From: an uncultured Flammeovirgaceae bacterium
Lineage (GTDB): Bacteria > Bacteroidota > Bacteroidia > Cytophagales > MED-G16
Direction: 5' to 3'
Length of the DNA stretch: 64,000 nt
NCBI GenBank assembly: GCA_913046795.1
Contig: CAJWTC010000001.1
Location: 12,011 to 76,010 of the forward strand
Below are positions 50,115 through 58,784 of the stretch, piece after piece; position 1 is the first letter of the stretch, and every line of letters begins with the position of its first letter. The notes under the pieces were generated by a model that ran no database searches, was not told the origin of the DNA, and was given only the letters and a program-made list of their open reading frames with translations. Made by a program: the position numbers and the translations under genes.

Positions 50115-52916
50115 TTAATAGGATAGAAGATGACTAGGTTTTGTAGTCATCTGATTTAAAGGGGGAGCGAATCTAGTGAGTTTTATACCATTCACAGCAA
50201 CCTTATATTCATCTAATGTAGGTGTTCTACCAAGTATGGCAGAAAGAACTACTACAGGTGTTGATCCTAGGAGTGATTCTCCTTTTTTACGGTCTGAGTC
50301 TTTAACAACCCTACCTTTGAATAGACGGGTTGAAGTAGCCATCACGGTATCTCCCTTTTCGGCTTTCTCTTGATTTCCCATACACAAGTTACATCCTGGT
50401 CTTTCAAGATATAAAATATTTTCGTATTCTGTCCTGGCCATATTTTTAGGTGCTGAATCATCAAACTCAAATCCAGAATATTTCTGAAGAATTTCCCAGT
50501 CACCTTCCTCCTTTAGTTCGTCAATTATATTATAAGTTGGAGCAGTAACTACCAAAGGAGCCTTAAACTCCACTTTTCCTTGTAGTTCTTCTAAGTTTCT
50601 TAGCATCTTAGATACTATCTTTATATCTCCTTTATGTACCATACAAGAGCCTACAAAACCAAGATCTATCTTTTTTTCTCCTTGATAGAAAGAAAGTTCC
50701 CTAATTGTATCATGTGTATATCTTTTTGATACATCTTCGTTATGAACATCTGGGTCAGCTATCATTGGTTCATCTATAATTTCTAAATCCACAACAAATT
50801 CTGCGTAGTATTTTGCATTTTCATCAGGTTTTAGAGGAGGTTTATCACCCGATTTTATTTGATCTATTCTATTATTTGCTTTATCAATAAGACTTTGGAG
50901 AACTCCTTTCTCATTATCCATCCCCCTGTCTTTCATAGCCTGTATTCTTCCTCTAGCAATTTCTAAAGATTCAATTAATGTATCATCTTCAGATATACAT
51001 ATTGATGCTTTTGCTTTCATCTCTGCAGTCCAGTCTGTAAAAGTAAAGGCTTGGTCTGAAGGGAGTGTCCCAATGTGAACTTCTATTATTCTACCCTGAA
51101 ATACATTCTCTCCACCAAATTCTTTTAACATCTGTGATTGGGTTGCGTGTACAACATCTCTAAAATCCATATGATCCTGCATTTTACCCTTAAATGTAAC
51201 TTTTACTGATTCTGGAATTGGCATTGATGCTTCACCTGTTGCAAGGGCAAGGGCAACTGTCCCAGAGTCGGCTCCGAAGGCAACTCCTTTAGACATTCTT
51301 GTGTGTGAATCTCCACCAATAATTATGGCCCAGTCATCGATTGTTATATCATTTAATACTTTATGGATAACATCTGTTAAAGGGTGATATTTATTTTCTG
51401 GGTCTCTACCCGTAATAAGTCCAAAATCATTCATAAATCTCATGAGCTTAGGAATATTTTCTTGAGATTTTAAATCCCATACAGATGCGGTATGACACCC
51501 AGATTGATACCCTCCGTCTACAATAGGAGAAATTATTTTCGCAGCCATCATCTCTAACTCTTGAGCTGTCATCAGTCCTGTTGTGTCTTGTGAACCTACT
51601 ATATTAACTTCAACACGCGCATATGATCCTGCGTGTAATACTTTGCCAGAATTTCCTACTACATTTTTATTGAAAATTTTCTCAACAGCAGTGAGGCCTT
51701 GACCTTTTATGGATAGTTCTTTAAAGGGGGCAAAAACATTTGGTATATCAATTTTTAATACATTTGAAGCAAAGGTTTGGAGTTTTTTACCAAATACAAT
51801 AGAATATGAACCTCCGGCTCTCATAAATTCCATTTTTTGAGGCGTGAAAGCTGAAGAAATATCCATCACTTCTTTTTCCCCACAATATAATTTTTTGGTT
51901 TTAGTATTAATAGTAAGTACTGTTCCAGTATCTACAGAATAGGTCTTTTTTAGAACTGGTTCACCATCTTCATCAAGAATTATATTTCCTTTATCATCGT
52001 ATGATTTAACCCAATTCTTAAGATCTAAACCGATACCTCCAGTCACACCAACTGTTGTCATAAAAATGGGCGATATGCCATTTGTGCCTGCAACAACAGG
52101 TGCTATATTTATAAATGGTATATATGGACTGGCTTGCTTTCCAATCCAAAGAGCAACATTATTAACTCCAGACATCCTTGAAGAACCTACACCCATAGTC
52201 CCTTTTTCTGCAACCAACATTATCCTTTTATCGGGATGTTTTTCTTGCAAATGGAGTAATTCTTTTTGTTGTTCTTTGTTATGGTCAAACATAGATTGAC
52301 CATGAAGCTCTCTATCAGATCTTGAGTGAGCGTCTCCACCTGGTGAAAGTAGATCTGTAGAAATATCACCTACACCTGCTACGAATGTTACAAGCTGGAT
52401 TTTTTCAGGCATTTTAGGAAGATTAGTAAAGAATTCAGCTTTTGAATAACTTATTAAAAGATCTTTCGCAATTTTTGATCCTTCTTTGTAAGCTTCTTCT
52501 AGTCGTTCCATATCTGCCTCATAGAGAAATACTTGTTTTTTTAAGACATCAGAAGCTTCCTTTGCTAGGGTTGGATCAGAAGAGTTAAGTGCTAGATCTA
52601 GTAGTACCTCTACAGATGGTCCGCCTTTCATATGTGAGAGTAATTCAAATGCAAAAGCTTTTGAAATCTCTTTAAATTCATACTTTCCAAGAATGATTTC
52701 TTTAAGGAATTTAGATTTTATATCTGCAGCACTTGTAGTTCCAGGAAGTACATTGTAAATGAAAAATTGTATAGATTCAGATCTTTCTTTACCCTTTCTC
52801 CTTTTTATATTTTCAATTATTTCATTTAAAAGAAGCGAATCATCTATAGGTTTAGGCTGTAAGCCTATATCTTTTCTCTCATTAATTTCATTCAGATATT
52901 TAGTATATCTGCTCAT
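50115..52916 (-). CDS. acnB: bifunctional aconitate hydratase 2 / 2-methylisocitrate dehydratase
   Basis: 933 aa. AcnB-type architecture, with an N-terminal HEAT-like domain and swivel domain ahead of the catalytic domains. Fe-S ligand regions GGDSHTRMS and GSCM/PGCNLCMG. Confidence 0.93.
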   Translation of the reverse strand: MSRYTKYLNEINERKDIGLQPKPIDDSLLLNEIIENIKRRKGKERSESIQFFIYNVLPGTTSAADIKSKFLKEIILGKYEFKEISKAFAFELLSHMKGGPSVEVLLDLALNSSDPTLAKEASDVLKKQVFLYEADMERLEEAYKEGSKIAKDLLISYSKAEFFTNLPKMPEKIQLVTFVAGVGDISTDLLSPGGDAHSRSDRELHGQSMFDHNKEQQKELLHLQEKHPDKRIMLVAEKGTMGVGSSRMSGVNNVALWIGKQASPYIPFINIAPVVAGTNGISPIFMTTVGVTGGIGLDLKNWVKSYDDKGNIILDEDGEPVLKKTYSVDTGTVLTINTKTKKLYCGEKEVMDISSAFTPQKMEFMRAGGSYSIVFGKKLQTFASNVLKIDIPNVFAPFKELSIKGQGLTAVEKIFNKNVVGNSGKVLHAGSYARVEVNIVGSQDTTGLMTAQELEMMAAKIISPIVDGGYQSGCHTASVWDLKSQENIPKLMRFMNDFGLITGRDPENKYHPLTDVIHKVLNDITIDDWAIIIGGDSHTRMSKGVAFGADSGTVALALATGEASMPIPESVKVTFKGKMQDHMDFRDVVHATQSQMLKEFGGENVFQGRIIEVHIGTLPSDQAFTFTDWTAEMKAKASICISEDDTLIESLEIARGRIQAMKDRGMDNEKGVLQSLIDKANNRIDQIKSGDKPPLKPDENAKYYAEFVVDLEIIDEPMIADPDVHNEDVSKRYTHDTIRELSFYQGEKKIDLGFVGSCMVHKGDIKIVSKMLRNLEELQGKVEFKAPLVVTAPTYNIIDELKEEGDWEILQKYSGFEFDDSAPKNMARTEYENILYLERPGCNLCMGNQEKAEKGDTVMATSTRLFKGRVVKDSDRKKGESLLGSTPVVVLSAILGRTPTLDEYKVAVNGIKLTRFAPPLNQMTTKPSHLLSY

Positions 52917-52944
52917 ATGATGTGCATTAACTTTATATTATCAG

Positions 52945-52952
52945 CAAATTTA
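52945..52952 (-). promoter_or_regulatory. -7 promoter box TAnnTTTG (TAAATTTG on minus strand) upstream of acnB
   Basis: Plus-strand CAAATTTA, 28 nt upstream of ATG 52916. Confidence 0.45.
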
Positions 52953-53091
52953 GGTTATTGAGGTATTATTTCAATCTTAAATTAATGTATTTTTTGATTC
53001 ATCTTTTTAATCTTATAAAGCCTTTTATCATGGCAAATACAATTAAATTATTAGCAAGGGAAAATTATATGTTTCAATTACATTTTTTCAA

Positions 53092-53634
53092 CTAATAAGA
53101 GAACTCTTTAGATTCAACTTCCTTAGATCTTGAGTACACATTAACTCTCACAATTTTACCATCCTTAAATTGTACATCGTGAACGTTATATTCAAATATT
53201 GGATTTCCTTCAGCATCAACATCTGTGTAATCATTTCCAGTTGTTAGCCACTGCTCTACCTCTCCATTTTCGTTTTCAACTGCATTTGCAATCATCCACT
53301 TAACTTCAAACATAGGGTTTGCATTTTTGAACCAATTATCTAAAATTTCAATGTGATTATCTGAACCTTTTACAACGCTTCCATCTGCAGTGTAACCTTC
53401 CCAGTTATCTGCATTTATTTCAGCTATTTTTTCTAGATCCCTCTCATTATGAGCTTTTATGTAATCAAGCCAAATTTGTTCATTAGAAACTTCACCAACC
53501 ATGAGTGGTTTTATATTTCCATCGTCATTTTTTACTGATCCTATCACTACAGGTTCATTAGATTCCTTAGACGGATTAGCACAAGAAATTAATGTAAATG
53601 ATAGAATAGTTATGATATATATATATTTATTCAT
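53092..53634 (-). CDS. lipoprotein, NTF2/SnoaL-like fold (putative)
   Basis: 180 aa with a lipobox (TLISC). The remainder resembles a SnoaL/NTF2-like domain (WLDYIKAHNERDLEKIAEI...). The fold assignment is by eye only. Confidence 0.45.
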   Translation of the reverse strand: MNKYIYIITILSFTLISCANPSKESNEPVVIGSVKNDDGNIKPLMVGEVSNEQIWLDYIKAHNERDLEKIAEINADNWEGYTADGSVVKGSDNHIEILDNWFKNANPMFEVKWMIANAVENENGEVEQWLTTGNDYTDVDAEGNPIFEYNVHDVQFKDGKIVRVNVYSRSKEVESKEFSY

Positions 53635-53664
53635 AGTCTTTTTTTTATTTTAATATACAAACTT

Positions 53665-54474
53665 TTAGTTAAAATTAAGATTAATATCAGGTTTTGAGTG
53701 CTTATTAGGTTGATCTAAACCCTTAATAGGATATTTTTCTTTTGAATTTTTAACTTTTTCTTTAATAAGCTTTTTATTAATAAAGGTTATCTCTAATGAA
53801 GATGGAAAGTTAGAAATACTATCAATTTTGCTGTAATTATTTCCATGAATATGTACTATATAGAAGTTTTTTTTTAAACTGTCAATAATTATATTAAACT
53901 CATTTGCTCTCACATTTATATCATGAAATTCAATAGCTAGACCAATGATTTTTGATTCTATTTTATTTAAATTTTTAAGAACCTTAAATTCTGCTCCTTC
54001 AATATCCATCTTAATAAAAATATTTTTTGATCCTTCTGATAAAATTTTACTTATTGTCTTATTCACTGTGACATTTATACCTTCATTATCATCCCATACC
54101 CTGTTCTTAAAATGTTTTGTTTTTTTGTTAAAGAAATTGAAATAACTGTTTATTATAAATAAACCATCCAATGATTTTTTTAGTCTTTTTCTATCAAATA
54201 TGATTGAATATAAGAAAACGAGTAGAATTGATTTTATAGTAAACTTAGTGAGAGATGATATGTTTAGGGTGTGGTCATAACAATGAATATTTATATTTTT
54301 TTTCCTTTTTATGAAATCATCTTCAAATGACCAGTCTTTATTAATTCCATATGAGAGAAGACCATCACAATTATCAATTAGCGATTTAGGGATAATATAT
54401 CCACCATCATTATCCCTACCTAATCTTATCAAATTATTAACTTTAATAGGGATTAGGTTTTTAATATTGAGCAT
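53665..54474 (-). CDS. FkbM-family (Methyltransf_21) methyltransferase
   Basis: 269 aa with RLGRDNDGGYIIP near the N-terminus and the family hallmark IKMDIEGAEFKVL. Confidence 0.65.
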   Translation of the reverse strand: MLNIKNLIPIKVNNLIRLGRDNDGGYIIPKSLIDNCDGLLSYGINKDWSFEDDFIKRKKNINIHCYDHTLNISSLTKFTIKSILLVFLYSIIFDRKRLKKSLDGLFIINSYFNFFNKKTKHFKNRVWDDNEGINVTVNKTISKILSEGSKNIFIKMDIEGAEFKVLKNLNKIESKIIGLAIEFHDINVRANEFNIIIDSLKKNFYIVHIHGNNYSKIDSISNFPSSLEITFINKKLIKEKVKNSKEKYPIKGLDQPNKHSKPDINLNFN

Positions 54475-54484
54475 TTGAATACTA

Positions 54485-56113
54485 TTATAATGCTTTTTTT
54501 CTTAACATATTTCTGATTCTTTTCTCAGATATAATTATCTTATAATTTTCAGATATTGTGAATAGATTTTTATTAAGAGTTTCTCTCTCGTTTTCAATAG
54601 TTTTAATTAGAAGATCAATTTCTTGATTTTGAAAATCACTAGGATTTTGTGAATTTTTATAGAAACTCAATCTATCATATTTTACTTTAACGTTAGATTG
54701 TAACTTAATAGTCTCTCTCAAAAGATTTTTAATCTCGTTATCATCTCTTGAGAGAACCTCATTAATTACTGATAAGACAGCTCCACTTGCACCGATAGCT
54801 GCCCCAGCTTTTCTAGTGATTTCAGCATTGGTTGAAAGAATTCCCATAACTGATCCTAAAAATGTTATACCTGCAGCTCCTAGGGTTCTTAATTTTCTGT
54901 TATTCTTTGATGTTGCCTCTATCCATTTTAAGTTACTATTAATTTCGTCTAGACCATCTTGCTGAATTTCTAATTCTGAAATTAATTCAGATACTTTTTC
55001 TTGGACTTTTTGTGGATTTAAAGTACTCATCACTACTACCGATACAGAAACCTGTGAAGACATTCCTGAAATATCAGTTGCTCTTATTTGCAAGTCATAG
55101 TTTTGTGTTGAATTTATTTTTTCAACATGATCATAGTCTACATCAAAAAGTAAAGTTTTATTATTATTATCTAATTTCATTCCTCTTGGTAATTGAGCAC
55201 CTATATTTTCAATAAGTATTGAGTCATTTACATTCGGGTCGTCAACGGGCAATTTATATTCATATGATTTTCCTTCCTCAACTATCCATTTTGACATTTT
55301 ACCAAATACCGGAGGAAAATTATTTTCTGAATAAATAATTTTAAAGCTATCGATGTCAAAGAGTTCAGGTTTATTCTGCTTAAAAACTTTTAGTTTAAAG
55401 TCATAAGTTTTTTCAAGTTCTTTTATATTATTAGGATCAATTTCCCAATTAATTTTTCCACTGATAGGACTAAAAAAGTCTATCGGTGCATTAGTTTGGA
55501 GATCAAAGATTAAGTTATTTCCTCCATCACTTATAATTGGCGAATAGCTGAAGCTAAATTTTTCTCTAATGATTTTATCAATTTGCTTATTTATTATAAT
55601 TGGTGGGTACTCAAGGTTATTTATCTCAATAAATAAGTCATATCTCAATAAATTATTTAATTCTGAGTTTATAAAAACATTCCAGGTTAAAAACTTATTT
55701 ATAGCCTGATCATTATTTGGAATAAAATCAAAATATATCCTCTTGCTTGTCTTATCAAAAAGAATTTTTCCATTTTCTATATTCCTGAAGTTTGGGTTTT
55801 CATTAAAATAATAATTAAATATTATATTTTCTGATTTATCATTTACCTGTAAAATAATTGACAAAGTATCTCTCTCATTAATTCTTATGTCATTGTCTCC
55901 CTTCTGTTTATATATTTGATTTCTATTTACTTTAAAACTGATTATTTTTATTTGAGATTCTTTAATTTTCTCTATCTCTATACTATCATTCTTAAAAGAC
56001 ATGGTATCTATATTTTTTATCATATTTAGAGTAGAATCTTTAGCTAAGCTGTCACTAAAGAAAAGAGATGGAGTAGAAATATTAAGAAAAATTAGTGTTA
56101 GAATCTCTAGCAT
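54485..56113 (-). CDS. hypothetical membrane protein with cadherin-like/Ig (He_PIG-type) repeats and C-terminal Gly/Ala-rich membrane hairpin plus coiled coils
   Basis: 542 aa with a hydrophobic N-terminus. At least two repeats open with (Y/F)PP(I/V) and show a cadherin-like pattern (NNFPPVFGKMSKWIVEEGKSYEYKLPVDD...LQIRATDISGMSSQVSVSVVV). The C-terminus has LGAAGITFLGSVMGILS...AGAAIGASGAVLSVI flanked by coiled coils. Confidence 0.5.
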   Translation of the reverse strand: MLEILTLIFLNISTPSLFFSDSLAKDSTLNMIKNIDTMSFKNDSIEIEKIKESQIKIISFKVNRNQIYKQKGDNDIRINERDTLSIILQVNDKSENIIFNYYFNENPNFRNIENGKILFDKTSKRIYFDFIPNNDQAINKFLTWNVFINSELNNLLRYDLFIEINNLEYPPIIINKQIDKIIREKFSFSYSPIISDGGNNLIFDLQTNAPIDFFSPISGKINWEIDPNNIKELEKTYDFKLKVFKQNKPELFDIDSFKIIYSENNFPPVFGKMSKWIVEEGKSYEYKLPVDDPNVNDSILIENIGAQLPRGMKLDNNNKTLLFDVDYDHVEKINSTQNYDLQIRATDISGMSSQVSVSVVVMSTLNPQKVQEKVSELISELEIQQDGLDEINSNLKWIEATSKNNRKLRTLGAAGITFLGSVMGILSTNAEITRKAGAAIGASGAVLSVINEVLSRDDNEIKNLLRETIKLQSNVKVKYDRLSFYKNSQNPSDFQNQEIDLLIKTIENERETLNKNLFTISENYKIIISEKRIRNMLRKKAL

Positions 56114-56116
56114 TTC

Positions 56117-56124
56117 TAATTTTG
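56117..56124 (+). promoter_or_regulatory. -7 promoter box TAnnTTTG (TAATTTTG) upstream of the START-like gene
   Basis: Exact motif, 38 nt upstream of ATG 56162. Confidence 0.4.
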
Positions 56125-56147
56125 TGTTTAATTATTTTTCAATTTAG

Positions 56148-56155
56148 CAAATTTA
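56148..56155 (-). promoter_or_regulatory. -7 promoter box TAnnTTTG (TAAATTTG on minus strand) upstream of the cadherin-like/FkbM/lipoprotein operon
   Basis: Plus-strand CAAATTTA, 35 nt upstream of ATG 56113. Confidence 0.4.
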
Positions 56156-56161
56156 TAAAAT

Positions 56162-56749
56162 ATGGTATTGAATTTTATTGTACTATTTATTTCTTTAGCA
56201 AATATTAATTTCCAAAATTTAGATTATGATAATTGGGAATTGAAAAAAGATAAAGACAGTATAAAAGTATATATAAGGAATGTTAATGAATCTACAAAAG
56301 AGTATCGAGCTGAGACAATAATAAGATCAGATATAGATAAAATATTTAATATTATCACTGATTTTGATAATTCATATAAATGGATGTACAAGCTTAATTC
56401 TAGTAAAATCTTAAAAAAAACGGATAGTCTAATGTATGTGTATTTTGTAGTTGATATGAGCTGGCCTCTTAAAAATAGAGATCTTGTCTCAGATGCAGTA
56501 ATAAAAAGAGATATTGATAAAATTAAAATAGAAATGAATTCTACTCCTGATTACATACCTTTAAATAATAAATTAGTTAGAATTAATAAATCAAGATCTA
56601 TCTGGAACCTAGAGAAGATAGATGATTTTAGTACAAAGGTAACACTTCAGAGTTATGCAGTAGTCGACGGAATTCCTATATTTATAATGGATCTATTTAT
56701 TTTAGATAGCCCAATGTACTCGATGACAAGATTAAGAGAAAAATTTTAA
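56162..56749 (+). CDS. START/SRPBCC-like lipid-binding domain protein (secreted)
   Basis: 195 aa with a hydrophobic N-terminus. The pattern W.L.KDKDSIKVY.R...S...EYRAE..I...IDKIF.II.DFDN..KWMY is typical of bacterial START-domain proteins. Confidence 0.5.
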   Translation: MVLNFIVLFISLANINFQNLDYDNWELKKDKDSIKVYIRNVNESTKEYRAETIIRSDIDKIFNIITDFDNSYKWMYKLNSSKILKKTDSLMYVYFVVDMSWPLKNRDLVSDAVIKRDIDKIKIEMNSTPDYIPLNNKLVRINKSRSIWNLEKIDDFSTKVTLQSYAVVDGIPIFIMDLFILDSPMYSMTRLREKF

Positions 56750-58050
56750 ATTCTTTCTATATCAGCTCCCAAAGCTCGTAATCTAGAGTCAATATTGCTA
56801 TAACCCCTATCAATTTGTTCGATATTATCAATGGTACTTTCTCCCTCTGCGGAAAGAGCTGCTATAAGTAAAGATACCCCAGCTCTTATGTCTGGTGATG
56901 TCATTTGTATACCTTTAAGAGGTATCTTTCTATCTAGCCCTATAACTGTTGCTCTATGTGGGTCACACAAAATTATTTGAGCTCCCATATCTATTAGTTT
57001 ATCTACAAAAAATAATCTACTCTCAAACATTTTTTGATGGATAAGTACTGTGCCCTTAGCCTGAATAGAAGTGACTAGTGCAATACTAAGTAAATCAGGG
57101 GAGAAACCTGGCCATATTGCATCGGCTATTGTCATTATTGAACCGTCAATAAAAGATTCTATTTCATAACTTTCCTGTTGAGGAATATGAATAGAGTCAT
57201 CAGCAATATTCATCTTAATTCCAAGCCTTTGAAATGTCTTAGGTATGATGCCCAAATTTTCAATACTAACATCATTAATCTTAATATCAGACTTTGTCAT
57301 TGCAGCCAAACCTATAAAACTACCTATTTCAATCATATCGGGAAGTATTTTATGTGTAGTTCCAGAAAGAGATGAAACTCCCTCTATTTTCAAATAGTTG
57401 GAACCTATTCCTCTTATATTTGCACCCATTGAATTCAACATTTTACAGAGTTGTTGAAGATAGGGCTCACATGCGGCGTTATATATTGTTGTATTTCCAT
57501 CAGCAAGTGAAGCTGCCATAACAATATTTGCAGTACCTGTTACTGATGCCTCATCGAGTAATATATTCTTACCTTTAAGCTTTTTAGATGATATTTTAAA
57601 TACAGAGTTATTCTCTTCAACTTTAAACTTAGCTCCAAGTTCTTGCAACCCAATAAAGTGAGTATCAACTCTTCTTCTTCCAATCTTATCTCCTCCTGGT
57701 TTAGCAATATATGCAGAGCCAAATCTTGCAACCATTGGACCCATTAGCATTATTGATCCTCTTATTTTTGATGATTTTTCAAAAAATTCCTGTGTTCTGG
57801 TATATGCTAAATCAATATTTTTAGATCTGAATTTATATGTTGTCTCATTAACTTTTTCAACAGTAACACCCATTCCTCTCAATAGATCAATAAGAAGATT
57901 TACATCTTTTATATTAGGAACATTTTGTATAGTAATTACATCTTCAGTAAGCAATACTGCACATAAAATTTGAAGAGCTTCATTTTTGGCACCCTGAGGT
58001 TTAACCTCACCCTTTAAGCTTTTTCCTCCTAATATTTTGAATGAACTCAT
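56746..58050 (-). CDS. murA: UDP-N-acetylglucosamine 1-carboxyvinyltransferase
   Basis: 434 aa with GAKNEAL near the N-terminus. The active-site loop reads KPGGDKIGRRRVDTH, with Asp121 where E. coli MurA has Cys115. Confidence 0.96.
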   Translation of the reverse strand: MSSFKILGGKSLKGEVKPQGAKNEALQILCAVLLTEDVITIQNVPNIKDVNLLIDLLRGMGVTVEKVNETTYKFRSKNIDLAYTRTQEFFEKSSKIRGSIMLMGPMVARFGSAYIAKPGGDKIGRRRVDTHFIGLQELGAKFKVEENNSVFKISSKKLKGKNILLDEASVTGTANIVMAASLADGNTTIYNAACEPYLQQLCKMLNSMGANIRGIGSNYLKIEGVSSLSGTTHKILPDMIEIGSFIGLAAMTKSDIKINDVSIENLGIIPKTFQRLGIKMNIADDSIHIPQQESYEIESFIDGSIMTIADAIWPGFSPDLLSIALVTSIQAKGTVLIHQKMFESRLFFVDKLIDMGAQIILCDPHRATVIGLDRKIPLKGIQMTSPDIRAGVSLLIAALSAEGESTIDNIEQIDRGYSNIDSRLRALGADIERI

Positions 58051-58715
58051 TGCATCCTTTTTTTTCGAAAGGGTCTATTTGATTTATAATGATTAGACTT
58101 ATGATGGCCAGACTTATGATGATGCTTTTTAGAATGGTAACTTTTAGATCCTCTCTCTCTAGTTACTTTATGAAAAAGATTTAATTCCTTAACCTTTTCA
58201 ATATCTATAGTAAGTTTATTATTTGAGAGCTCCTTTATATTTTCAACAATTACTTTATTATCAATGGATTCTTTATTCCACATTCCAAAGAAAGATTTCA
58301 TGATTTTACCAATATGTATTACAGCTGCTTCTTTGTCTTCTTCCTTTTTTAGCTTACAAGCCTCTTCTATCAAGAGCTCAATTTTTTTCCCATAATGTCT
58401 GTACCTGATCTTACTTTTTGGATAATGAAGTCTATCTGAGGCATCACCTTTTGATTTTTTTTCTGGTTTAGGGAATGGGCTGTCAATATCAAGTGAGTAG
58501 TCTGACATAATATATAAATCATCCCATAACTTAGCTTCTAACTCGCTTTGGTCCCCTAAGCTTGGGTGAGTTACCTTCATCATATCAACTAAAGTTTTTG
58601 ATAACTCATTTCTTTTTTCTTTTTCTTTTATCCCATTTATATGATCAACAAGCTTATGAAAATTTCTTCCATATTCTCTCAAGATTAGGTCGGTTCTAGT
58701 AGTATTATATTCCAT
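58047..58715 (-). CDS. DUF4290 protein with His/Lys-rich C-terminal tail
   Basis: MEYNTTRTDLILREYGRNFHKLV is the typical DUF4290 N-terminus. Its stop overlaps the murA start (ATGA). I prefer ATG 58715; the ORF track starts at TTG 58730, which lies inside the predicted -7 box. Confidence 0.75.
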   Translation of the reverse strand: MEYNTTRTDLILREYGRNFHKLVDHINGIKEKEKRNELSKTLVDMMKVTHPSLGDQSELEAKLWDDLYIMSDYSLDIDSPFPKPEKKSKGDASDRLHYPKSKIRYRHYGKKIELLIEEACKLKKEEDKEAAVIHIGKIMKSFFGMWNKESIDNKVIVENIKELSNNKLTIDIEKVKELNLFHKVTRERGSKSYHSKKHHHKSGHHKSNHYKSNRPFRKKRMQ

Positions 58716-58727
58716 ATTATTTTTTTT

Positions 58728-58735
58728 CAAAACTA
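58728..58735 (-). promoter_or_regulatory. -7 promoter box TAnnTTTG (TAGTTTTG on minus strand) upstream of DUF4290-murA
   Basis: Plus-strand CAAAACTA, 12 nt upstream of ATG 58715. Confidence 0.45.
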
Positions 58736-58784
58736 AGTAATTTTTTCATCAATTAAGTATTAGATTGACCTACTTATTTTTTAC

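Noticed and set aside
53030-53092. 19-codon plus-strand ORF (MANTIKLLARENYMFQLHFFN) in the acnB upstream spacer
   Set aside because: It is very short, overlaps the lipoprotein gene stop, and has no promoter box or conservation evidence.
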